Source of the DNA: Tricharina praecox
Lineage: Eukaryota
Length of the DNA: 64,000 bases
Assembly: GCF_024521635.1 (NCBI RefSeq)
Contig: NW_026250454.1
Coordinates: 1 to 64,000, forward strand
Direction: 5' to 3'
In this document: positions 1 to 13,257 of the stretch, one piece after another
Layout: every line of letters begins with the position of its first letter
How positions within the stretch are numbered: the first letter of the stretch is position 1
Program-made: the position numbers and the translations under genes
Notes under the pieces: generated by a model
Database searches by the model: none
The model's input: the letters and a program-made list of their open reading frames with translations, nothing else
Told to the model about the DNA's origin: nothing

Positions 1-1935
1 GTGGATTGGAAAGCCTCTCTCCAAAGCGCCGGCATCGACAGCTGTTTCTCAATTCCGTAGCTTCCATTCCATCCCAATTCACTGCATGTAGCTGCTTTTC
101 TACTAAGGGCCAGATGATAAAATCGGCCACGATGCCACGGATAGACCGGACGAGCTACCCAATAGACCGGTGGGTACTGTATGCACATCGTGAATATTTA
201 GAAGCCTTCGCTTTTCCGCGGAAGCTGTGGGAGCCATCGTTGAATGGGAAGTTGATGCGGGAGACCACTGCATACACATGACTTTCCGTGCCGGACGACT
301 CGCGGTGCGGCGGGCACCCGCTCTTGTGCCCGGTGACCAGTCTGCGGAAAGGGCGTCGAGTGGTGTTTCCTACATCCATTCTAGCAGAATAATATCATAA
401 TTTTTTTTGGATATCTCTCCCGATCTACTGCCGTTGTCTGGGACGAACAACGCACACCCTCGCCGAGCCGGATCTGGTATGTAAATGCAGATGTGCTCTC
501 GAGCTGAATAGAATGAATGTTTCTTTCCTTGCCGAGAGGCGTAAGCCTGTACTCCCGCCGAGTAATATGTCGTGGCCGCTGGACCAAACGGAATGCTCTT
601 CGCGTTTGCACAATCCTGCCCTTTTCGTACGAAAATCATCGTTCACGTGCTAGCACTCGGTGGCTCCAAGACACGCCCGAGCAATATCCATCCCCATACA
701 ATGAGATGACGCGGTTGGTGACCGTCCTACTATTGGAAGAGCTCATCACTCACGACGCTCACAGCAGGTATCCCACCTCCAGGGATCGTCGAGTAACTAG
801 GTCACTGGGGATTCTGTGAGATCCCCTTGGCATCCCGACTTCGAAAACTGTCCCTTTATCCAATGTTTGGAGTTATACAGCTAACGGCTCCGCGGTCCTT
901 CTATCCTCCCACACAAACGCAGTAGTAGTGTATTCTTCATATTGAAAATCTCCATTCTTCAAAATAGCACTTCATCCAAGGATCCGTTGAAAACGAGGCC
1001 ACGCCCCTCAATTTAATCTTCACTCTTCTCCTAAATCGATGTTCTTTCCTCCTTCCATCACCGTGTCCCCTTTCCACCCCACCTCAATCACAGAATACCC
1101 ACCGTTTCCCTCCCTCGACATCAATTCCGTCAGAAAAGTTAAATACCCTCGACTCCGATCACAATACCTAATTGTAAGAAGAAACCTACCGCAGCAATTG
1201 CCCTGTTGATGCGCGGAGCCCCGCCCTTCCAATCTCTTGTTAAAGAATGTAAGAGTCCTCGTTCTGCTCCGCCAAATTTTCCGCCTATGTCCAGACCTTG
1301 TCCGCATTTCTTGTCGAAGAACACTGTTCCGCAGTCAGCAGGATAGACACTCTAGACACTCTAACCCCAGCCGCGATTCACTCCCTCAATAGCCTATGGC
1401 TAACCGTAACACTCTCACTCAGGCTTCCTATCCCACAGGATAACGTTTCGCTCGATGGGGCCGATCCGCAATCGAAATAATGCACGCGTCACGACGGCCT
1501 TTCAGGGCCACCGCGACCCTGGCAGAGATTATTCTGCCACCGCGCTGGAGAGCGACGACTTCCCCGAGTCCCAGTCAATCTGGAACTTATGTTGGACCGG
1601 AGACCATGATGCCAGTACTGCTTCCACCTGATGCGACCACGGCCAGGAACCTCGACGACGCTGTAGCTCCTACACAGAAGGCGGGAGTAAGATGCAGCGA
1701 CTCCAGCAGAAGGGCCGGAGTAAGCGGTCGTTCATCAAGCCGACAATGCAAATGCGGAGGCGGGTCGAGAGCCGGAGGAGTCCCACAGGAAGTTTCGGAA
1801 CGCACCGGAAAGCAGCGGGTTGTCGAAATCTCGTTCTGGAAGCGGTCGGGAGAAAGAGAGAGGTGCATCAACTTCGCGGATTGTCGAGACACTGTCACGA
1901 AACTAACTAGCTCGGAGCGAGTTGGTTTTGCCGGA

Positions 1936-2171
1936 TGATGGATCCAACTCAACTCCGACGGCGACGAAGAAGTTGAAGAGGCTTTCGGAAGCAAGCACTG
2001 CCGCCGTGTGTGTATGCCGTCGGAAGGCTGCCGTACATGAGTCGGCCGAGCACGATGGACGAGGTCGTGCAGAACCCTAAGAAGATACGACAGCGTTTCA
2101 TTGACAATCAGATCAATAACGCGAAGAAGAAGTACCAAGTCTGGAGGAGGTCGACGACATGTTGTCGTTAA
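1936..2171 (+). pseudogene. Degenerate tandem paralog fragment of the 3320..4704 gene
   Basis: 2037-2132 encodes MSRPSTMDEVVQNPKKIRQRFIDNQINNAKKK, 30/32 aa identical to 4072-4167. Upstream MMDPTQL resembles DMDPDQM. The frame stops at 2169-2171 and no intact gene model could be built. Confidence 0.65.
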
Positions 2172-3319
2172 ACTGGGAACCGTGTTTCAGTCAGTCCACG
2201 CGGCATAGGCGGAGAATTGCGGCATCACCGCGAAGAATTGATTCCGCAGTCGGATGGATAGTTTCGGTCAGGGCCGGAGGGGGATTCGAAAGGGACGAGA
2301 ACAGTCCCGGGTCGAGCTGTCGGCAGTCATTCGTCTGCCTTCGGACCGCCAGCGTGATCGCTGGTTTGGTTTTGGTGAGTGTGCAACCTCGCGTTTGTCC
2401 AGAAGCTGGCCACATGAGTACTGATTCTTCGGCGTTTGTCGTCAGCCTGCCACAAGACGTGGCCACCGTACCCTGGGGGGAGGGGAACGTTTATGGGGAT
2501 ACTATCCCCTGGGGCTGATCAGCCCGTAAATAGGTAGGTACGTCATGTGTTCCATGCATAAATATTCCGGGCTGTTTCACGTCGGAAAATATATCCCCTG
2601 GGCTTGCACAGACGCATAGCCCATCGATCTACCGACATAAGCTGGGGTTGTAGACCTTGAGGATAACGCGAGTGCTGACATATGAGGCTGCTGAGTTTGT
2701 TAGGTCTTGACTAGACCTTGCGGCAGCGGTAAAACCCTACTCCTTGAAGGGTCAAGTTGCCGCCTCAGCTGGGAGGGAAGCACCGCGGTCGCCGTTGCCG
2801 CAACGTCGGCCGACGTTGAATGACAAGCTCAGTTTGCAGTACTTTCAATTGCGGCGCTTCACATTTCAAGACACTCACGTGAGCTATTGAACGTGGAATC
2901 GATTCGAGCCCCAGCGGCTCGTTTTATAAAGAAGACGGAGAGAGCTTCTCCTACCCTTCTTCTTACACTCCACAAAGACGACAGAAACTTGGACCCCAGA
3001 CGCAACCGATAACTTCGAAAATAACCACAGGAAAGAGCTTGCTATATCGACAACATCGCCTGCTTGGAAGTCACCAATTCTGCACCCACATCACTACCAT
3101 CCCATCTTCCGTTTGAAGCCGAAACTTCCCGGAACAGTAACAGCAGCAAGCAAACGGCATATCGGCCAACCCCCAGCAAACCCCCAGCAAACGTACAGCC
3201 AAGTAGCCCGCATAAACTCCTTCGTCAATTTCAACAGGTACTTTTCCCCCACCATCCCGAGATGTGATGATACCCGCAACTCTGCAAGAGAATTAGATAC
3301 TGATGCACAGATAAGCACA

Positions 3320-4704
3320 ATGCCGATCGCTTCCTCGTCCTCCGCCGCCGCCGCGAGTGGTGTCGCTCCTGCCAAATCGCTATCGGTGAGCCCCGACCTC
3401 CTACAGAACTTCCTCCAGTATTTCGAGGAGCAGTCGGGCACCATGAACGACTACAGGAACAAGCTGGAGGATTTTAAGGCGGAAATCATTCGGGTGGGCC
3501 TTGACAACGGTCAGGCACCACAGGTTCTCATTCCCTGGGTATCCGAGCAGGTGAACGTCATCGGGAGGGTCGTGGAGGAGATCTTCAATATCGGCTATCA
3601 CTTCAAGATGGTACCGACCATCGCCGCTGTTCCCAATGTTCCTAGTGCTCCGGTTGGCAATCCGGCGCTGGGACCAGATACTCTGCCAATCGACGACGAG
3701 ACGATCCTCGAGGAGCTAGTTGTGGCAATGCAGAATGGCAATAACCCCTACGACATGCCGGATACTGCGCCGCTGAAGCACTGGGTCGAGGACATGGATC
3801 CCGACCAGATGGACCTGATAGCGGAGAATTTTCTGGCGAGTCATTTCTTATGTTCCTTCTATATCCTGGTTACTAACGGCGGTACAGGTGGCTCTTAAAC
3901 GCAAGCACGGCAACAAGAGCGATGACGAGGTTCTGGATGGGTACGCCTTCCAGCAACGATACGAGTCGATCATCGAAGTGCTAAACGTAAGCTCTCAAGC
4001 CTCCTTCCTCTCTTTATCTGACCCCACACGCTGACAGACATTTTTAGAAATGCAAGGGCTCCGTGTACCGCATGAGTCGGCCTAGCACTATGGACGAGAT
4101 CGTTCAAAACCCTAAGAAGATGAGGCAACGGTTCATAGACAACCAAATCAACAACGCGAAGAAGAAGAAGGATTCCAAGGAGTTGAAGCGGTTGAGGGCC
4201 ATGTGGGCAGAGGTCAAGGAGCGCGAGCGAGATCAGCCCACCGTGCCAGATATCGACGGAGACAGTGACGGGGAGGTCGAAGCTCCTCCGAGAAAGCGGA
4301 AGCGTACCGACAAAGGCAAAGGGAAAGCCAAGGCCCCCATCATTAATACTCCCAAGGAACCGGCGCTCGCGAGCCCCGGACTGTACACGCCTCCCCAGGA
4401 GCAGCTATTCCAGCCTGCTACGCAGCACACGCAAGCTCCCGCCAACGACGATTACTATGATCTCCAGCCGTTCTGGAACGAGATCACCCGGAACCCACAC
4501 CAAGTCGACTATGATTCTGGGAGTTCGTCGAGCGCTGCGGCTGGAGCAGCAGTCCCAGACTACGGCGTCGCCAGCGGTTCAGGATCAAACAACGGCAACG
4601 CGGACTGCTATCTAGTCCAAGGCAGTAACGAGATCCAGCCCGAGCCTCTCAGTTACGAGGAGGAACCGATAGACTGGAACGAGTTTGTCGATTACGAGAA
4701 TTGA
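3320..4704 (+). CDS. Uncharacterised fungal protein (~423 aa) with a basic NLS-like patch; join(3320..3835,3888..3986,4048..4704)
   Basis: ORFs 3113..3898 and 4063..4704 join in frame through a GC-AG intron 3836-3887 (GCGAGT...TACTAAC...CAG) and a GT-AG intron 3987-4047 (GTAAGC...GCTGAC...TAG). PRKRKR motif present. Mostly synonymous divergence from the upstream paralog supports coding status. Confidence 0.75.
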
Positions 4705-5472
4705 CAAATCGTGGGGATTACATTTTGAACCTATCCTGGTGCGGATAGGTATGGACAGGATTCTCCCCCGCTTAGCCGTCACAAGTACTGACTCGTCTTT
4801 TATAGTTGGACTTATTTTTAATTTTTCTTTGCGGGGTGTACGGCGTTGCACCTGTCGCCTGGTAAGGCACACCTTACGGCGGCGTTAACTTTCCGGTTTT
4901 TTCTTCATTATTTTGAGAGGTGTGTGCTTCACGTCTCCTCCTCCTGCCAGTCTACACGGGTGAAAATACTAATATCCCCCCAGCTCAACGCGGAGTTTCT
5001 CTACCCATTTTTATTCCATGTCCACACTTCGACAGCCAGTGATGGGTGTCGTCGTGTGGATATTCACCTTCATTTTCTATTGCGTTTTCTATTGCATTTT
5101 CGGTTTTGGCGTTGGTTTCGGTTTCGGTTGCGGTTTCTTTTTCTTTTTCTTCTTCTTTTAAATGGACTCATCTTTGACTTTTTCTTTTTCTTTCTTCTTT
5201 CTTCTTTCTTTCTTCTAATATTGTAGATTTCGGGCTTGGTGTCATATCTAGACCTGGAGGTAACCACTAGTTAGTAGCGGCGGCGGCGAATGGAGTTTTT
5301 ACTCCCGGCCAGCCTTGTTTTCTTTTTTTCTTTTCTTTTCTTTAGGTATGGTGTTTCTGTTTCTTTGGTAGATTTTGCGGTGTGTTCTGTGTGGTCTATG
5401 GCTCGGGAGTTGTGTAACTACGGTGCGGTGTTTGGTTTGGTTTCTGCTGGTGTTGGGATGGAAGGGAGGGTG

Positions 5473-5520
5473 TGATGGAGTGATGGAGTGATGGAGTGAT
5501 GGAGTGATGGAGTGATGGAG
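5473..5520. repeat. (GATGGAGT)n tandem repeat, ~6 copies
   Basis: Directly visible perfect 8-mer array. Confidence 0.9.
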
Positions 5521-6292
5521 GTAAGTCACACCCCCCACGAGATTGAGGCGGAGGCGGAGACGACGGTGGAGATGCATGGCTAACGGCGCGTACTGTTACT
5601 CTCTCCGGGGACTGTGGGATAGGTATTGAGCTTTGTAAAACTACCTACCGCAACTGGGGAAGATATATTCCCCTCCACCTCCACCGTTTGTTAAGCCAGA
5701 GCCGTGCTAATACAATGGAGTCTGTAGGATCCAGCCATCATGTCAGCGGCAGTATTGAAGGCCGGGACCGGTGGTACTCTCGAATCCTGCGGCTGCTACT
5801 ATATCTATGGATCGATCGATCGATCCGCACCTGCGCAGCTGCGCTGGCTCTGACATTCAATTAACCCGTGCTTGCTTGACTCTCTTGTATATAACGCACC
5901 AGAAAGATTCAGCAGCACGATACGTCGATACCTACTTCGCTGCACGCGAGTAAGAGCTTACTGTGCGTGCATCGTACATAGGAACAATAGAACAAAAGAT
6001 CAATTACAGTCCGTTGGTTGAGAGACGATGTTATTCCGTAATCTGTGCACAGACCAGTGAGTGAGTGAGCAAAGAACAGCAGTTCCCACGACCAATGAAT
6101 CCCATCATCTCAATGCGTGATAGGAGCACCGGCATCAGTCAAGACTCAAGAGTCACCCAAACCTGAATGATGAATCTGAACCTGGAGGATGGAAAAAAGC
6201 GAGTGCGAGTTTGTGGAGGGTGGGGCGATGGTGGGTACTGATAGCCCCCAAAAACGGGATCAATTGAGCTTGAATTCTCGGTCGATGATGAC

Positions 6293-6325
6293 GATGAGAT
6301 GATGATGATGATGATGATGATGATG
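6293..6325. repeat. (GAT)n microsatellite
   Basis: Directly visible. Confidence 0.85.
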
Positions 6326-6401
6326 TACATACAAGGTGACAACTACAAGAGACCCACCGACGAACAGGCAGAACATAAAAATTGACAAGTGACAACAGAA
6401 A

Positions 6402-7356
6402 TGTTCTAGCTTGCCGGGCAAAATGGGTTTTTTATAAATAGACCGGCCCGTGGGGCGAGCGACTGGATATGCGATCTGACCGGACTGCCGAGCCAGAAAA
6501 TATTCTGGGCAGACCTGTCTGTGGAGATAATTATTTCCCGGTAGACCGGCCTGCTGAGTGATTTTTGTTCGCTGGGCCAGTCCACCGGGAATATTTTACG
6601 AGTAGACCAGCCTGCCCGACACCATTTATGTGCAGATTCGTAGACATCACAATACGGCGATGGAGTGAAGCATATCAGCAGTCAATAATGTTCTATGGAG
6701 TCAATACTCAAATATTTACACAGAGCTCATGTGAATATAAGTTATCATCCCCTCGGCCGTGCACCCTTTTTCTCTTTCTCAACACCCATCCAATGGTTTC
6801 CCCATCAGTTTTCCCTCCAGTTTCCCCCTGAATATAACCACCGCTACAGATGACCTTCGTTGTGTTGCTAGTAGACCGAGCCCTTTTCTGGCTGTATGCT
6901 TCTTGGGCAGCTGGGAGGAGACTACGGGGGCTTGTTGTGGGTGCTGATAAAACAGCGGCGACTCGTGGACTGTTCTCAGTTCTGCCAATCAATACTGGAA
7001 AGTTCGGAAGAGGCATCGGTATATGTAAAGGCATGATGTTTGAAGATGTGAAGCCGAATATGAAATGTGTCAAACGTGATTTGTCTATTCATGGTGGCAA
7101 GAGGAACGGCTCTCTCATGGTAGCGAGAAAAAGACTTTCTCTAATAGCACCACAAAATGCTTTAGTTACCAAATAACGCCGGGAATTTGCGAGCAGACTG
7201 GCCTCCTCACAAATATGCGGTAGACCGGTCTGCCCGTAGAAATGTACCCCACAGTCCGGTCACCTGTATATCCAGTCACTTCGGCAGGGGGCCGGTCACT
7301 TGGTCTGGTGGCCGGTCCATTTATATAATACTAGCTTTGCTCGGCAGGCTAGAACA
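6402..7356. mobile_element. Non-autonomous TIR element, 955 bp, TGT...ACA ends, 5-bp TSD AGAAA
   Basis: Left end tgttctagcttgccgggcaaa is the imperfect reverse complement of right end tttgctcggcaggctagaaca. Similarity continues for ~120 bp with repeated GACCGG motifs. AGAAA at 6397-6401 and 7357-7361. No transposase ORF recognised. Confidence 0.8.
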
Positions 7357-7871
7357 AGAAACGGTTCAATGTTCAACGACTGCATCGGGTCTGCATCGAG
7401 TCCTACCAGGTCTTAATAAGGACTCCTCTCTCCGGTGCTCGCTGATGACGCCAATCCGCCTCTTCCTTCGCGCCCCTCGGTATTCCATGAATGGGCGGGC
7501 GATACTCTAATGTACCTACGGGTAGTGGACACAGGCACCTTCAATGTTACCTCTCCGATGATTCGTCCTCCCTTATGCCCAAACCCGCGCTCAATTCCAA
7601 GCGAATTCTATGATGATGACGATGATAAAACGAAAACAAGACGAGCCGAGCTGGACGAGTCGCAATAGCGACAGCAGCAATATTCACGTTATACCAACGT
7701 ATCGGGTCTCCCTCAGGAACACATGGCATCACCTCCATCACAGTTGGTCTCACCAGGTCCCGACAAGGTCTCACTCCCCTAACAGTTGATCCCACTCAGG
7801 TCCCACCCAGGTCCCAGCAAGGTTCCGGCAAAGTCCTGCTTCGAGGCGCTCACTGATGATACATAACAGGC

Positions 7872-7919
7872 CGCCTCTGTCTCTGCCTCTGTCTCTGCCT
7901 CTGTCTCTGCCTCTGCCTC
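7872..7919. repeat. (GCCTCTGTCTCT)n minisatellite
   Basis: About three 12-mer copies followed by GCCTCT units. Confidence 0.85.
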
Positions 7920-9536
7920 CTCGCCTCTGCCTCCGCGCTCCGCGTAGGTAGAATACCGAATGTTTCCCTCGCTCCAGCCACTTCGATCTGTGATGTTCAT
8001 CGTTCATCCGCTGCCACGTGTGACGTACTTATTCACACTTGAGACCTCACGCATAACCACTGCGTACAACCACTGCGCGAGAGGGAGTCGTAGCCTCCTC
8101 GCCGTTCCCTCGCCGTTCTTCCCTGACCGCTTTTGCATGACTCTATCTCCTCTATGGCTAGAATGCTTGAACAAATACGCCACGTTCACTCACCCCTCCA
8201 TCGCCCATCACTCGCCACCGCCCAGGGTGGCGCATTGGGTGGCGCATGGCAACCAGAGTATCATATGTATGATGTAGTAACACGAAGGCCACATCTCAGA
8301 TACCGAGGTAGAGTAAGCACATACACAACGCGTGCATGCAAACGGCAGCACTGCAGCAGACAGCCAGTCTCCTCCGCCTTTCTCCTCCGCCGAGACAGCC
8401 ATGCCAGCCACGTCGGCCATCGCTGCGATCACGTTGGCCACGCTCGTCACCGCGATCGTCGCGATCACCGCCCCCCGATCACCGCCCACGATCAGTCATC
8501 ACCGCGATCCTCGACATAAGCGGACACAAGGGGACACGCAGCAAAGCGGACACACAACGAGCAGATACGACACGCAGCTGTTGATTACTCTACTCTGCTC
8601 TACTCTACGATGTTATCGCACGTAATCACCCCGCCCATCCCTCACGTCACCACTCACGTCACCACCTCGTTCCCGCCTCCCCTTGTTTCCCGCACACCCT
8701 TGTGGCCGCCGCCCCCTGTGTAGCCCCTCCCCCGCCCCTCTCTTCCCCGCCCCCTGTGTAGTCCCCGCCCCCCCCTCCCCTCCCACACCCACAACAAAGC
8801 ACAACCAGAGACCTCCACCAAAACCAATCCGCACGGACCCATGTCGGTCGATCACCCGGCCTCTGCTTGCACTCCTCCGTATTCTCACGTAAATTTTTTC
8901 AAAGTTACGTTTACGGCGACTGCCTGCAGAAAACCCAGTGTGTACATGGGTCCGAGCGAATTATTAATGGGGACGTTGATGTTATGCCTTTTCTGCCGCG
9001 GGGTGGTGAGGATAGGGAGGAGGGAGGATGGGAAGGAGGAAGGGAGCTGGACGGGAGAGGAGGCGGGTTTATATACTGCACGCGAGCAAAGCGGGGTAGC
9101 AAGATACTACGGTACTCTAGAGTTGTGGTCACGGTGTGGGTGTGGGTGCACAGATTACATGTAAATCGTAACGAATCACTTTCATATATATTCTCCCGAC
9201 CTAAAAGGAACTCCCGAACGCCCCTCCGCCCGCAGCCCCCTCGCATCTACATACCCCCGGCCATCCAGCCAGCAAACCAGCAATTGATAAAAAGGAAAGA
9301 AAAAAGAAAGACAAGAAAGAAAGAAAGAAAGAAAACCATCCCTCGTAATCATACAGTACCGTTCTCAAGTTGTCGTAGTCCGACCGTCAAGAAAAAAAGA
9401 ACAGAAAAAAGAAACAGAAAGAAAAAAAAAGCCCTCGAAACGAGCAGTACAACAAGTAAAACCCCTCGTTGACATCAAAGTAAACGCCTAACTAGTAAAG
9501 CACTACCCTGAATTGTCGGGGAATCCTACCACCAAT

Positions 9537-11362
9537 TCACTCGCCCATGACGGCACTGCCATTAGCAGCGATCGACTCGGCGAGTCCGTTGGCCTTGTAG
9601 CCCTCCGGGAGGAGAGCGGACTCGTGCACCGTCTGGAGGGCAGGAGCGGGGACAAAGGCAGCCTCGTCGACGGTCGTAGTGGCGCCCATCTGCGAGGACG
9701 CGTACTTGGCCCTGAACGTCGACACGGCGGGGATCTCGGCCCTGAAGCTGTGCGGTTGTCAGTATGTGAGGGGTGGGGAAGATTGGGGTAAGAGGGGACA
9801 TACCGTTCCTCCTGCGTACCGTAAGCACGAGGAGTGAGCTTGATCATGGTATGGAGAGGGATCTCCATCCACGGCGACTGATCCTGCGGGACGTTCATGA
9901 AGTACGCATAGATGCACCGGAGAACGGCCTGGTGGGTGACCACCATGATGTTCTCGCCCCTCTCCATTTCCATAATAATGGGTTCGAGGCGGATGACGAC
10001 GTCACGGTACGACTCACCACCGTGGTAACGGTAGTTGTACCTAAGCATCAATCGTTAATACAAATACTCCCGTCAGAGCAATATCACAACTTACTTGTCA
10101 TCATCACGGGCGCGGAAGTCTTCGGGGTAACGCTGCTCGATTTCTTCGTACGTCAATCCGTCGCAGACGCCGGCATCGAGCTCGTCCAACGCTTTCCACT
10201 CCTTCTTTGGATACTCGAGGTGGGCCGCCGTCTGGATTGTACGCTTCATGGTCGACGTCCAGCACGTGACCTTGTTGGAGCCGACGCTCTTGGCGACGAG
10301 CTCTGGAAGGGCACGAGCGTAGGCGTAGCCACGCTCCGACAAGTTCGCGTCACCGCCAATCTTGCCTTGGACGTTGAACTCCGACTCTCCGTGCTAAAAC
10401 ATTGTCAGCAACTCATCCACAACAATCAGCCGGGAAACCGCTTACCCTCGACAACCAGATGGACCTCGGCGTAATGTGGAGGTTCATGGTGAAGTAAATG
10501 ATGCGAGTCTGGAGGTAGTTGGCAACCGCATTGATCGTCACCTGTGATCCGACGTTGATGAGCTTGACGTAGGTAAGCTCCTCGTCGTTGTCAATAGACT
10601 GGTACACCTTCTCGTAGTTGCGGATGCGCTCCATGAAGTCGCGCACAGCATCCTCGGGGTCCTGTCCGACATAGTCGGGAGAGGAAGTCTTGACAGAAAG
10701 CACGTTGCTCAGGACGAGGTCTTCGTCGTCGCAGCGACTCTCGACGAACAGGCACTCGTAGCCCTTGGACTCGCACTGCTGCTTGATCCAAGCGCGACGG
10801 GCCTTGGTCGAGTTCGTGGCGTCCAGGACACCGACGTGGCCTCCACCTTCGCCGAACCACTTGAGCATGTCCGAGACTGCGGCCTCCGCTGCGGCACGTC
10901 TCAACCTCTCTCCCTGCGTGTTTCCCATACTAAAGAATTCAGCAGTTGGTTGAGGAGTGTCGGCACGGCGGTACGATCCGACGTTGAAGGACTTGGCATT
11001 GATCGAAAGCCACTTGAGGTAACGGACAACTGCGATGACATTGTCAGCTCCCGTTGTGTAACCGAATTACTAGGAAGAGGGAGGAGAATGGGAGAGGAGC
11101 GGGAATTCGGTGGAGGGAATTTGGGGGGGGGGGGGGTGAGAGAGAGGGGAGGAGGGGAGGAAACAGCGAACTCACTCTTCTGCGCAATGAGCGACTTTCC
11201 GCGGGCAGGGAGACCGACCATCACGACGCAAATCTGAGCGTCATCCAACTGTTCAGAGCTGTCATTAGTATCATTACCATACACAACATTGAGCCTCTCG
11301 TAATCATCCGCCTCGCCGGCCTCGCCCCACAAATTGAAGACGTGCAGTTCCATGCGCGACAT
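9537..11362 (-). CDS. FBP26: 6-phosphofructo-2-kinase/fructose-2,6-bisphosphatase; complement(join(9537..9747,9804..10040,10095..10393,10446..11029,11176..11362))
   Basis: Walker A VMVGLPARGKS, FNVGSYRR, LDATN, FVES, phosphatase RHGES (formed across an intron), LDELDAG, GGESYRD, VTHQAV. All four introns have GT donors, branch sites and YAG acceptors and restore frame. Confidence 0.95.
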
Positions 11363-13142
11363 TTGAAGTAAAGTTTAGAAGAATGGTGGAGGTAAGAAGA
11401 TGGGGGGTGTGGATTGTGGGGAATTTGGGGTATCGTGGGTGCTGGTTTGTGCGGGGGATAGAGAAAGAGAGAGGGAGGGAGATGGTGGGGGAAGAGGGAG
11501 TGTGTGGTGGAGGAGAGAGAGAGAGCAGGAAGAGAAAAGCTGTCGAGAGCTGGAGCAGAGCAGAGCAGAGCAGCGAAGAGCCTCGACGAGCAGGGATAGT
11601 GATCGCGATTCAAGGTAGGGAGCTGTCAGGAACGGCCGGTCTAACGCCGATTCAAGAGTAGTGCGCGCGTGTGATGGAGACTGCTGAGTCGTATGGCGCA
11701 ATCGGTACTGGGCTGCCAAATGAGACCGTGCCGCTTAGTCGTTCGGCGAGAGAGGGCCGGGCCGTCGCACACGTATCGAGAATTGAATGACACGACACTC
11801 GAGAGGTTGGGTGATGATCACCGAGACTGATATCTGATTGCCGAGGGATGGTATGTGATGTCTTCTCGGGAGGAGGAGCAAACAGGTAGGAAGGCGAACG
11901 ACGATGGAGACAGACGATGAACAATGACGACGGACAACGACGACGACGGGGAGGAGGTCGACAGGCGAAGGGGCAGACGGAATAGAGATGAGATAGGAGT
12001 GGAGACGATCTCGATCCTTCCAACTGGTAAGTGGAGGGGCAGGCGAGTGGCGGCCAGGACAGGTCCGAAGAAAGGCAGGGCGAGGTCTGATCCCGCGTGT
12101 TGTTCCGGAGAGGCACTTGTGCGGAATGAGCACAGATCTATACTCTAGGCTGGGCGCGCGTTCTGAGATCTTCCCGTAGAGCCAGACAGATAGCCGGGCA
12201 ATAAATCGGGTGATGTCAATGGGCCCGATGGGTAAGAGACACGGTGGGGGTGTTGCGCCAGAAGGACTTGCTCCTGCGAACAGAACGGTCACCTGGGGAA
12301 TCAGGTGCTTCTGCCTGCCTGCCTGCGTCGTCTCGCGAATGGATGGCGCCCGAATCGGATGAGCTCCGTTTCCCCTGACCAGAAAAAAAAGGCGGGGCAG
12401 CAGCGTCGGATTTTTTTACGCCGGCGCACTCGCTCCGGTGGGCGGTGGTGTGGGGCGAGACCCTTGCAGCGGCGCTTGGGTGCTTCGGGTGGCCGGGACC
12501 GAACGAGAGATTCGCTGGTTCGTGGTTCGTTCGTTTCGTCTGCTCGTGTGCTGCGATGCCCATTATTGCTGACGACCTCGAAAACGTACGAGCAGAGTGC
12601 GCGGGTATATATGGATAATATTCCTTCTCGAAGAACCGATCAAGAACAGATGTCGGTCGAGCTCGTCCGTTTCGAATCAATTGATGAGGATCTTTTCCAG
12701 AATTCGGGAAATGATGGGTGAGACGAGAACACTAGCTGCTTTGGAGCCCCGTGCCCCCACCATGGGTGAAGGATCAGGACAGGACGATCGACTTCCGAGG
12801 ATTTAATTCTCCTTCCTCTTCGGCCTCTGGGCGGATGGTGGGTGACCAGTGAAGCGACCGAAAACCCTGCCGGCGGGATGTCGACTTGTCTGCAGCAGCG
12901 GTCCAATTCAAGACAGCGTCGACGAGCCCGCTCAATCTTCTAGGGGAAAGTCCAACGCCGTAGTCGAGACAGCCGGTATGGGACGCGTGTGGCTTGCTTC
13001 CGACGAATACCGCCTGGCGAATGCGTAGCCGACCGTGGATGGATGGATGGCTGGGCAGTAGAATCGATTACTGTTGCGCCGCGGCTTCCGCGTCGTTTGG
13101 ACCCATGGGGAGCTCCCGAACGCAAAGGCCATCATCAGGTCC

Positions 13143-13257
13143 CAGCTCCAGTTCATCCGGCTCTTCTCGGAAAAGCCCGAAGAGAGCAGCCTTAGATCCC
13201 AGCTGCAGTTCGTCCAACTCTCCTTCAAAAACCTCCGAAGGGAACAGCCTTAGATCT
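13143..13257. repeat. Degenerate ~57-bp tandem duplication
   Basis: Two units, each reading cagct(c/g)cagttc(a/g)tcc...cagccttagatc. Confidence 0.7.

Noticed and set aside
5070..5475. Lys/Arg-rich and Phe/Leu-rich short ORFs
   Set aside because: Translations of T-rich low-complexity 3'-UTR-like sequence.
8400..8512. Clustered CGCGATC(AC) motifs suggesting an array
   Set aside because: Irregular short degenerate repeats with no repeat-spacer periodicity; CRISPR is not applicable in this eukaryotic context.
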